From: Candidatus Sumerlaeia bacterium
Lineage (GTDB): Bacteria; Sumerlaeota; Sumerlaeia; SLMS01
Length of the DNA: 21,599 nt
Assembly: GCA_038208905.1 (NCBI GenBank)
Contig: JBBQYG010000057.1
Location: forward strand, 1 to 21,599
Direction: 5' to 3'
Shown here: piece by piece, positions 9,590-17,259 of the stretch
How positions within the stretch are numbered: position 1 is the stretch's first letter
Layout of the letters: every line of letters starts with the position of its first letter
Program-made: the position numbers and the translations under genes
The notes under the pieces: model-generated
The model's input: only the letters and a program-made list of their open reading frames with translations
The model's database searches: none
What the model was told of the DNA's origin: nothing

Positions 9590-11013
9590 TCCTTCACCGA
9601 TCCGGCCGTCAGGCCCTGAAGGAAGTATTTCTGCAGCGCGAGGAAGAGCACGGCGATGGGGATGATCGAGAAGCAGGCACCCGCCATGATCTTTTCCCAC
9701 TCGTTGGCGTTCTGGCCCTTGAATTGTTGGAGGCCAACGGGAAGCGTCAGCACGTTCGAATCGCCGGTGTTCACGATAAGCTGCCACAGGAAGTTGGACC
9801 ACTGCGTCACAAACGTGAGCAGGAACAGCGTTACCATGATCGGCAGGCACACGGGAATCACCACGTTTTGGAAGACCTGAATATCACTGGCGCCGTCGAT
9901 TTCCGCCGCCGCGAAGAGGTCCTTGGGAATCTGGGCGATGTACTGCCTCAGCAGGAACAGGCCAAACACGTTGGGCAGGTGCGGCACAATCATCCCTTGG
10001 TAAGTGTTCATCCATCCAAGGGACAGCGTAATGCTGAACTGGGGCACCATGTAGATCATCCCCGGCACCAGCATCGACGACAGCAGCACCAGGAATAGCG
10101 GATCGCGATAGTGAAACGGGAACACCACAAAGGCGAACGCCGCCATCGTGCAGATCAGCACCGTCAGCGTGGCCGCCGATCCCGCCGTGATCAGCGAGTT
10201 CATGAAGTACTTGGCGAATGCGAAATCGGGATTGTTGACGATGGCGTTGAAATTGTCGAGCGTGTAGAGCCGCGCGACGGCGGCGGAGAAGGGGATGCGC
10301 TCCTCGATGCGGAATCCTTCCGCCCGTCCCGCGCTGGTGGTGAGGTTGTACTCGCCCGGTGCCGTCTCGGGAATCGACAGGCTGTCGCCATCGCCGAGGT
10401 CGAGCAACAGCCGACGGCCCGGATCGGAAGAGAGATTCGCGATCACGTTGTCCCCGTCGCGATAGACGGATACGATTGGCTTACCGGTGAAGTTCACCAC
10501 CCCGTCCTTGACCGCGGCCAGCGAGAGCGCCTTCCCCGATGAAGCCACCGCGGGATCGGCGACTGTGGCCTCCCCATTCACGGAAAAGCCGTACTCGAGG
10601 GAGCCGCCCTTGAGTGGACCCACGTATCCAACCCAGACGCCGCCGAAAAGCTGGCCGAGTTGCTGGCGTGTCTCTACCCCGGCGGCATCGACGACCACCG
10701 CCTCGACCGAGGTGGCCGTGGGATTCACATACTGCAAGTGGAGCCATCCGCCGTCTCCGCCAACGACCGGCAGCGGAACCGCGGGCTCCGAAGCCACCGG
10801 CGACACGATCGTCGTCCGCGGAACGAATCGAAGCTGAAACGCCGTCCCCTTGGCCTTGAACGCCGTCAGGATCATCCAGCCCAGCGGCAGCATCACCACC
10901 GCCAGCAGCGCCAGCAGCACGATATACACCGCCGAATTACGCACAACGGCCGCCCCCTGGGGAGAGACGGGATGCGCGATCGCGTCGGCGATGGGGTTGG
11001 GGCTCTTGTCCAT
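9586..11013 (-). CDS. Carbohydrate ABC transporter permease (MalG-like) with a large extracytoplasmic insertion
   Basis: PLGWMILTAFK, TLDNF, YFMNSL, EAA-type loop DLFAAAEIDGAS, WSNFLW, LQKYFLQGLTAGSVKE. About 190 extra residues after TM1. Confidence 0.94.
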   Translation of the reverse strand: MDKSPNPIADAIAHPVSPQGAAVVRNSAVYIVLLALLAVVMLPLGWMILTAFKAKGTAFQLRFVPRTTIVSPVASEPAVPLPVVGGDGGWLHLQYVNPTATSVEAVVVDAAGVETRQQLGQLFGGVWVGYVGPLKGGSLEYGFSVNGEATVADPAVASSGKALSLAAVKDGVVNFTGKPIVSVYRDGDNVIANLSSDPGRRLLLDLGDGDSLSIPETAPGEYNLTTSAGRAEGFRIEERIPFSAAVARLYTLDNFNAIVNNPDFAFAKYFMNSLITAGSAATLTVLICTMAAFAFVVFPFHYRDPLFLVLLSSMLVPGMIYMVPQFSITLSLGWMNTYQGMIVPHLPNVFGLFLLRQYIAQIPKDLFAAAEIDGASDIQVFQNVVIPVCLPIMVTLFLLTFVTQWSNFLWQLIVNTGDSNVLTLPVGLQQFKGQNANEWEKIMAGACFSIIPIAVLFLALQKYFLQGLTAGSVKE

Positions 11014-11015
11014 CG

Positions 11016-12038
11016 TCAATCCCGCGGGCTGAGGACTTTGTAGTTGAGAAAGCTGATCACGAGCGCGATCAGCAGCAGCATGAAGCTGATCGCCGCCGCC
11101 TCGCCATACATCGACTGATCGAAGTTCTTGTAGAGGTGGTAGCCGCTGATGCGCGCGCTCTGGAGCGTGACGCCCGCGACGTTCACGCTGGTGCCGCCGG
11201 TGTCGTCGGTCATCGCATAGATTTCCGCAAAGGCGTTCAGCGTTCCCATCAGGCCCGTGATCGTGAGGAAGAGGATGATCGGGCGCAGCATCGGAAGCGT
11301 GATGAGAAAGAGCTTCTGGCGCGCCGAGGCGCCGTCGACGTCCGCCGCCTCGAAGATCGACTGATTGATGCTGTTCAGGCTCGTCAGGAACAGGATCATC
11401 CCAAAGCCCGCGTTCTTGAGGATCATCGTGAACGCGATCGCGGGGAGTGTGGTGTAGGGGTTGTTGAGGATGCCCGTGCGCGCAAAGATTTCAACGGGCC
11501 CGCGCAGCACTCCTGACATGTCAACCGTGCCGACGCGGGCCCCGCCCAGCGTCTTGAGCAGCACCGGATCGACAAATCCCGAGAACCAGAGCAGAACCGA
11601 CGTGAACAGCCCGCCGCCGGGATTGTAGATCAGCAGCCAGATCACGCCGACCACGTACAGGTCGAACACGTTGGGGAGGTAGAACCCGCTCCGCAGCAGG
11701 CCGAAGCCGCGAATCTGCCGATTCAGCAGCAGCGCCAGCGCCAGCGACAGCGCCATCCCCGGCACAATCGTCAGCACCGAATACACGAAGGTCAGGAAGA
11801 TCGACCACCAGAACACCGGATCGCGAACAAGCTGGGCGTAGTTGTCCACCCCGACAAAGTCCATCGTGCCGAACAGGTCGTAGAAATCCGAGTAGATCGT
11901 GACCCGGTGCAGGCTGATCCACACGCTGTAGAAAAGCGGATAGCCGATGAAAACGGCGAAGATCGCGAGGAAGGGGAAAATGTAGGGGAGCGCACGCAGG
12001 TCGTGCTTGAGGGTGATTTTCGAGGGATTCAGGTCCAT
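11016..12038 (-). CDS. Carbohydrate ABC transporter permease (MalF-like)
   Basis: YPLFYSVWISL, FVGVDNY, FYLP, EAA loop IFEAADVDGAS, ITLPMLRP, GEAAAIS. Confidence 0.95.
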   Translation of the reverse strand: MDLNPSKITLKHDLRALPYIFPFLAIFAVFIGYPLFYSVWISLHRVTIYSDFYDLFGTMDFVGVDNYAQLVRDPVFWWSIFLTFVYSVLTIVPGMALSLALALLLNRQIRGFGLLRSGFYLPNVFDLYVVGVIWLLIYNPGGGLFTSVLLWFSGFVDPVLLKTLGGARVGTVDMSGVLRGPVEIFARTGILNNPYTTLPAIAFTMILKNAGFGMILFLTSLNSINQSIFEAADVDGASARQKLFLITLPMLRPIILFLTITGLMGTLNAFAEIYAMTDDTGGTSVNVAGVTLQSARISGYHLYKNFDQSMYGEAAAISFMLLLIALVISFLNYKVLSPRD

Positions 12039-12140
12039 CGCGCCGCCGGCCCCCGGAGGGTGGGTCTGTTTCGACTAGTCCGCCAAAGGTAGAGGAAGTG
12101 CTCCCAAACGCGACGGGAACACAAGCCCCGAATCAAGCCA

Positions 12141-12184
12141 CCGCGCCGACGACGAAGCCATGTGGGGCTTCGCCGCCGGCGCGG
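12141..12184 (-). terminator. 19-bp stem-loop downstream of the pilin-like gene
   Basis: Arms at 12141-12159 and 12166-12184 with a 6-nt loop. The two A/C mismatches on + become G.U pairs on the minus-strand RNA. The U-tract is weak. Confidence 0.55.
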
Positions 12185-12199
12185 ATCGGCACGGGAGAC

Positions 12200-12874
12200 T
12201 TAGTTGCGCTGCTCGGAATTGGTGCGAGCGATGTCGCCCTTGGAAACGGTGCCGTTGGTCGGATCGTAGGTTCTCTCGCTCCCTTCGACCAAGGCAGCGA
12301 GGGCGGGGACCGGCTTGGAAAGGAGGGGATCCTGAAAATCGTTCGTGCGGTCGGGCCCAGCACTGTTCAATGCCCACTGCACGACGCCTTTGTTGCCGAA
12401 GTAGGCTGTCATGGCGCTACGGTCGGCGAAGAGGCCGTATGAGGGAAGCGGTGCTAGATTCAATCCGGAGACGCCCGTGGTGTAGTCGGTATACTCGAAG
12501 GTCGGATCCTGACCGGGGGTCACGGGAAAAGCCGTCGTCGCCTTCCAGAAGATATCGGTGGGAAGCGACGTGAGATAGGCAACCGGTGTGGTTACCCCAC
12601 GCAGTCGGTTGTTGAATGTGGCCGGGGCGGGAGCACCGGCGCCATTCACCCACTGGGCTGTAATCGGGTAGCGGTTGAAGTCGATGTAGTAGGACTCGAG
12701 GGAGACCGTGATCGTCCGCATGTCGGCCTTCACGCGGGAAATCTTGGAGCGCGTCTGAGCCTCGAGGAAGTTCGGAACCGCGATGGCGGCGAGGATGGCG
12801 ATGATAGCGACGACGATCAGCAGCTCGATCAGCGTAAAGCCAACGGGACGACGAAAAGATGACAGGGTCTTCAT
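12200..12874 (-). CDS. Prepilin-type N-terminal cleavage/methylation domain protein (type IV pilin/pseudopilin-like)
   Basis: MKTLSSFRRPVG|FTLIELLIVVAIIAILAAIAVPNF class III signal peptide with E+5. C-terminal SAGPD...YDPTNGTVSKGDI. AGGAG RBS 7 nt before ATG 12874. Confidence 0.93.
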   Translation of the reverse strand: MKTLSSFRRPVGFTLIELLIVVAIIAILAAIAVPNFLEAQTRSKISRVKADMRTITVSLESYYIDFNRYPITAQWVNGAGAPAPATFNNRLRGVTTPVAYLTSLPTDIFWKATTAFPVTPGQDPTFEYTDYTTGVSGLNLAPLPSYGLFADRSAMTAYFGNKGVVQWALNSAGPDRTNDFQDPLLSKPVPALAALVEGSERTYDPTNGTVSKGDIARTNSEQRN

Positions 12875-13136
12875 GAGGCGACTCCTAGGGGGGGGATTTC
12901 CCCGATTGCTCGGGGCGTGCAATTGCTTCCAGTTTTTGCACAGTGTGTCGACTTCAGCGGGGGGGCAGCCGGTGCTTTACTTGGGCACTCGGCACCCGCC
13001 TCAAACAGGGGTTACACCCGATTGCATCCCTTGCGTCAAGGCAAATTTGGACTGGTCAAAAAACCGAAATGCCGCTCCACTCCTACGGTTGACGGCGGAG
13101 AGGCTTGATGTTCGCCTCGGATTCTTGGACGGCGCC

Positions 13137-13154
13137 TGTGCAAACATTTGAGCA
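13137..13154. promoter_or_regulatory. Putative operator (imperfect palindrome, LacI-family-like)
   Basis: TGTGCAAACATTTGAGCA upstream of the GH13 lipoprotein gene; similar to 18819-18836. Confidence 0.45.
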
Positions 13155-13278
13155 GTTACCAGCCCCTTCGTGGCCCGGTTTGGTACTTGTGCAACACGGG
13201 CCCGTTACAGGACAATTCCCCGCAAACGCCGTCGGTGGCGAGAACGCCATAAATCACCCGAACATCATAGGAACCCCG

Positions 13279-15750
13279 ATGAAACGCATCGCCCCGCTGG
13301 CACTCCTGTTGGCCCCTATCGCATTCATCGGCTGCGGAGGCCACACCCCGGCCCCTGTCGATTCAATCCCCGGCTTGCCCGCCAAGGCCACCCGCGCAGC
13401 CGCCCCCATCTGGAGCGCCCGCACGGTGCCACTCCCCCTGGGCATCGTGCACCTGGTTCCCGGATCGGATATCCGCGTTCCCCTGATGGGAGCCGCGAAT
13501 GGGGAAGTCCGAGCGGTGACGCGCGTCGATGCCGGCGCTGCGTCCCCGCTCACGGTCGGCATCGATGGCCGGACCCTGGTCCTCAAGGCGCCGGAGGGAA
13601 AGAGCGGCACGTCGCTCGTGAAGGCCGAGCTGGAGTTGATCGACGGCTCCACGCGGACGGTCGCGTTCCCCGTGATCGTCGATGCGCTCCCGGTTATGGA
13701 GTTCACCTACACTGCCCCGCCGGGGAAGACCGTCAACAGGGTCGCCCTGGCCGGCGCCTTCAACGGTTGGAGCCAGGACAAGGACGCCTTCGCGGCGGAC
13801 GCCGACGGGGTGTTCCGCCTCCGCATCGCCATCGCGCCGGGGACGTGGACCTACAAGTTTGTGGTCGATGGAGAATGGATGGCCGATCCCTCCAACCCCG
13901 AGAAGGATTCCGGCGGATACGGCAATTCGATCCTGCGCGTTGCGGGGGAGAAGACCGAGGTCTTCGACTTCGGCGTGCTCGCGCCCGGGATGCCCGGCGC
14001 CGGAGCACAGGGCGGATTCCGCGCCATCCTTCCAGCCGGTGACAGCCTGGGGGCCGACTCGGTGACGGTGATCGCCAACAACCGGCTGCTGGACACAGCC
14101 GAATACACCGTCGATCCCGGCACTGGCGTCGTCAGCCTCAACGTGGCGACGGAATCGTGGGGCGCGGAGAACTTCGTCGCCGTGGTTGCGGCCTCCGCAC
14201 AGAAGCGCGCCGGAGCAAGCCAGTCCTTCTTCACGTGGTCCGCCGCGCCGCGCTCCCCGCGCGACGAGGTGATCTACTTCACGATGACCGATCGTTTCCG
14301 CGATGGCGACCCGGCCCTCAACAAGCCCGCCGACGATGCGCGACTGGCGCCGATGGTGGACTACATGGGCGGCGACTGGGCCGGCATCCGGCAGAAGATC
14401 GAGGAGGGATACTTCACCAACCTCGGCGTCACATCGATCTGGATTTCGCCACCTTATCTCAACACGCCGAAAGTGGAGCAGGAATCCGTTCCGCCGGGGA
14501 ACTACTTCACCTCCTACCACGGATACTGGCCGATTTCCTCGACGGAAACGAATCCGCAGTTCGGCTCCATGAGCGACCTGCGCGCGATGGTCAAGAGCGC
14601 CCACGGCAAGGACATCGCCGTCCTGATCGACTTCGTGGCGAATCACGTCCACCAGGATCATCCCCTGATTCGCAACCACCCCGAGTGGGCCGCGCCGCTG
14701 CTTCTGCCCAACGGCACGCAGAACATCCGCAAGTTCGACGAGCATCCCTTCACCACTTGGTTCGACACCTTCCTTCCCACGTTGGACTATGACAAGGATC
14801 CGCGCATCGCCGACGCCATGATCGACAACGCGGTCTATTGGCTGCGCGAAACCGGCGCCGATGGATTCCGCCACGACGCCGTGAAACACATCCCCGAATT
14901 CGTATGGCGCGGACTGACGGAGCGCCTCAACGAGTACGGCATCAAGCATGGCCGCGATGTCTATCAGGTGGGCGAAACCATCTCCGGCTACGACACCGTC
15001 GCGCGCTTTGTCGGCCCCGACCTGCTGACGGGTCAGTTCGACTTCCCCGGCTACTTCACGCTCCGCGGCGTGCTCGCCCAGGGGACCGGTTCCATGACGG
15101 ACCTCGCGGACTCGATTCGCGGGGCGGCGCGGTGGTATCCGCCGTCGGCCATCATGAGCCCCCTGATCGGCAACCACGACGTTTCCCGCATCGCCGCCTT
15201 TGCCGACGGCGACCTGGCCGAAGGGGTGGACGACAAGGCCATCGCCAAGACCAACCCGCCCAAGATCGACTCGCCCGAGACGTGGGGGAAGATCGAGATG
15301 GCCTATGCCTACCTCATGGCGCTCGACGGGCCACCAACGCTCTACTACGGCGACGAGATCGGCCTGAGCGGCGCCAGCGACCCCGACAACCGCCGCCCGA
15401 TGCCTTGGGACGGCTGGACCACCGAGCAGGTGGCGCTGCACGACGCCGTGGGTCGGCTGGGCAAGATGCGCGGCGACACCATCGCGCTCCGCCGCGGCGC
15501 CACGGAAGTCCTCCACGCCGACGCCGAACGCCTCGTCCTCGCGCGCATCGCGCCGGAGGAGACCGTGATCGTGCTCATCAGCCGCAAGCCCGCCGACGGC
15601 TCCATCACGGTCAACTTCCCCGCCCACTGGGGAACGCCCGAGAGCGTCGAGCCCCTTGAATCGCGCGGAATTACCTCCACCCCCCTCGCGAAGGGCTTGA
15701 CCATCGCCGATGGGCCATCGTCCTACGGATTCTGGAAGCTGAAGTGGTAG
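13279..15750 (+). CDS. GH13 alpha-amylase-family lipoprotein with a CBM48 (glycogen-binding) domain
   Basis: MKRIAPLALLLAPIAFIG-C lipobox with an AGGA RBS. CBM48/AMPK-like VALAGAFNGW...GTWTYKFVVDGEWMADPSNP. GH13 regions DRFRDGD, GGDWAGI, YHGYW, DFVANH, DGFRHDAVKH, VGETI, GNHD, YYGDEIG. Confidence 0.95.
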   Translation: MKRIAPLALLLAPIAFIGCGGHTPAPVDSIPGLPAKATRAAAPIWSARTVPLPLGIVHLVPGSDIRVPLMGAANGEVRAVTRVDAGAASPLTVGIDGRTLVLKAPEGKSGTSLVKAELELIDGSTRTVAFPVIVDALPVMEFTYTAPPGKTVNRVALAGAFNGWSQDKDAFAADADGVFRLRIAIAPGTWTYKFVVDGEWMADPSNPEKDSGGYGNSILRVAGEKTEVFDFGVLAPGMPGAGAQGGFRAILPAGDSLGADSVTVIANNRLLDTAEYTVDPGTGVVSLNVATESWGAENFVAVVAASAQKRAGASQSFFTWSAAPRSPRDEVIYFTMTDRFRDGDPALNKPADDARLAPMVDYMGGDWAGIRQKIEEGYFTNLGVTSIWISPPYLNTPKVEQESVPPGNYFTSYHGYWPISSTETNPQFGSMSDLRAMVKSAHGKDIAVLIDFVANHVHQDHPLIRNHPEWAAPLLLPNGTQNIRKFDEHPFTTWFDTFLPTLDYDKDPRIADAMIDNAVYWLRETGADGFRHDAVKHIPEFVWRGLTERLNEYGIKHGRDVYQVGETISGYDTVARFVGPDLLTGQFDFPGYFTLRGVLAQGTGSMTDLADSIRGAARWYPPSAIMSPLIGNHDVSRIAAFADGDLAEGVDDKAIAKTNPPKIDSPETWGKIEMAYAYLMALDGPPTLYYGDEIGLSGASDPDNRRPMPWDGWTTEQVALHDAVGRLGKMRGDTIALRRGATEVLHADAERLVLARIAPEETVIVLISRKPADGSITVNFPAHWGTPESVEPLESRGITSTPLAKGLTIADGPSSYGFWKLKW

Positions 15751-15769
15751 CGCGGGCATCCTGCCCGCG
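15747..15769 (+). repeat. GTAG-type REP-like palindrome
   Basis: GTAG followed by CGCGGGCA-TCC-TGCCCGCG (perfect 8-bp stem). The TAG is the amylase stop codon. Confidence 0.6.
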
Positions 15770-15785
15770 ACGATGAAAAAGGAGA

Positions 15786-15839
15786 CAGGATGACAGGATC
15801 GCAGGATGATCTTGCCCTCCTGCTCTTCTGCAACCTTGC
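15786..15839. repeat. 8-bp-period repeats in inverted arrangement
   Basis: CAGGAT at 15786, 15794 and 15802; then CTTGC/CCTGC/TCTGC/CTTGC at 15811, 15819, 15827 and 15835. Confidence 0.55.
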
Positions 15840-15901
15840 CTTGCGTGGGTGGGGCCCACGGCTCTACCTTCAGACCAGAATTATCCCGAGGGGTCCACTG
15901 C

Positions 15902-16117
15902 ATGAGCGAGACGGGCGGCGAGAAGAAGGACAAGCCCGACGACTTCCTAACGGAGGCCGAGAGCCAGAGCCCCAGCATCGTCGCCGAGTTTGTGGACTTC
16001 CTGCGCTACAACAAGAAGTGGTGGCTCACGCCGATCATCATCGTGCTGTTGATCCTCGGCGCCTTCGTGCTGCTGTCGAGCTCGGCGGTGGCGCCGTTTA
16101 TCTATACGTTGTTCTGA
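15902..16117 (+). CDS. Small membrane protein, DUF5989 (SxtK-like) family
   Basis: EFVDFLRYNKKWWLTPIIIVLLILGAFVLLSSSAVAPFIYTLF matches the family signature (KKWWLxPII...APFIYTLF) from memory. ATG 15902. Confidence 0.85.
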   Translation: MSETGGEKKDKPDDFLTEAESQSPSIVAEFVDFLRYNKKWWLTPIIIVLLILGAFVLLSSSAVAPFIYTLF

Positions 16118-16132
16118 CCCGTAAGAAACCAG

Positions 16133-16179
16133 ATCAAAAGGAAAGCGCCTCCGAACTCGACCGAGCTTCGGAGGCGCTT
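16133..16179 (-). terminator. Rho-independent terminator between convergent genes
   Basis: 13-bp perfect inverted repeat AAGCGCCTCCGAA (16143-16155) / TTCGGAGGCGCTT (16167-16179), followed on the minus strand by UCCUUUUGAU. Confidence 0.8.
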
Positions 16180-16215
16180 CGCTATTCCTGCCACCAGCGT
16201 GTGGGGCAAAAACGA

Positions 16216-17022
16216 TCAATCAAACATCTTCCAAGTGTCGCCCGCGATGGAGGCCGTACCAGCAACCGTGTTCTTCTGGGTGGGTGCCAGAGCATTGAAG
16301 TCGACCGTGTCGTAGGTGTTGTAGCCCAAGACGCCGGGAACAAAGCTGTACGAAATGTTGGCGCCGCCGCCGCCGCCCTGCACCGCGAAGAGCTCGAGGG
16401 CATCCGAAGCAGTCGCTCCGATCGCGGCGAGCGGAATCTTGATCTCGACGCCGGCATTTCCCTCTGTCGGGTATGTTGCACCCGGCGTGTAGGCCACGGA
16501 AACACCCGTCGCGAATCCGGTCGCCTGAGTAACCGCAGTTCCGTTGGTCGGGTTGCCAATGAAAACATCAGCGCCGACTACCTCGGTCAGGCCGGTGCGA
16601 TAGTTGATCACGCTGACGAACCCGTTGGTGGAGGTGCCACCGCCGGCGCCAGAGAAGCGCACAGCCAAGTCCGCGTCTGCTGCGAGAACCGGGATGAACC
16701 CGAAGAAGGGGGAGAGCCCGTCGTTGCCGCCGGTCAGCGCGATGCCGCTCTGGATGCCGGTCGGCGTATTGACGCGTCCCACGACAAGGCGGAAGTTGTT
16801 GCCGTTGCCTTCGGCTGTGCCCGACAGGCCAACATACAAGTCGGTGGCATCGCGGAAAGTGCGGAGGGAGACGATCCCGTGCGGGCCATAGCCGGAATCG
16901 ATCGCGTTGCTCACCACGGGGGTCGTGTAATCGGAGTCCGTCAGGACGCCGTTAACCGTCGGAACGGCGAATGCTGCGCTTGCGGCGAAAACGAAGGCGG
17001 TAACTGCGAATGTCTTCTTCAT
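16216..17022 (-). CDS. Secreted Gly/Thr-rich beta-strand protein of unknown function (possibly DOMON/CBM9-like)
   Basis: Signal peptide MKKTFAVTAFVFAASAAFA with an AAAGGA RBS. Mature N-terminus VPTVNGVLTD, plus DLYVGL and VEIKIPLAAIG, resemble DOMON-like carbohydrate-binding folds. Ends TASIAGDTWKMFD. Confidence 0.8.
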   Translation of the reverse strand: MKKTFAVTAFVFAASAAFAVPTVNGVLTDSDYTTPVVSNAIDSGYGPHGIVSLRTFRDATDLYVGLSGTAEGNGNNFRLVVGRVNTPTGIQSGIALTGGNDGLSPFFGFIPVLAADADLAVRFSGAGGGTSTNGFVSVINYRTGLTEVVGADVFIGNPTNGTAVTQATGFATGVSVAYTPGATYPTEGNAGVEIKIPLAAIGATASDALELFAVQGGGGGANISYSFVPGVLGYNTYDTVDFNALAPTQKNTVAGTASIAGDTWKMFD

Positions 17023-17259
17023 GTTAGGTGATCCTTTCACCGAGAATACCGGATACCTGTCACTAGAGCGCCACGCGGCGCAAGGAAAATGTGGACCGGG
17101 GCGCAACGGAATGCACAGCTCGACTATTGATCACGAAATCGAGTGCAACCTCAATATAATCAGTCTTACCCGATTTTTTTGCAACGAGCTGGACCGTAGG
17201 GGTGCGTGTGCAATATTCCGCAATTCTTCAACCGTTCCCCGGTTCAAGCGCCGCCCGCG

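Noticed and set aside
8093-9619. 508-aa plus-strand ORF
   Set aside because: Antisense shadow of the solute-binding protein.
13011-13039. Possible sigma-70 promoter for the pilin gene (TTGACG-N17-TGTAAC on minus)
   Set aside because: The -10 match is too poor to call without TSS data.
13363-15978. 871-aa minus-strand ORF
   Set aside because: Antisense shadow of the GH13 lipoprotein, typical for high-GC genes.
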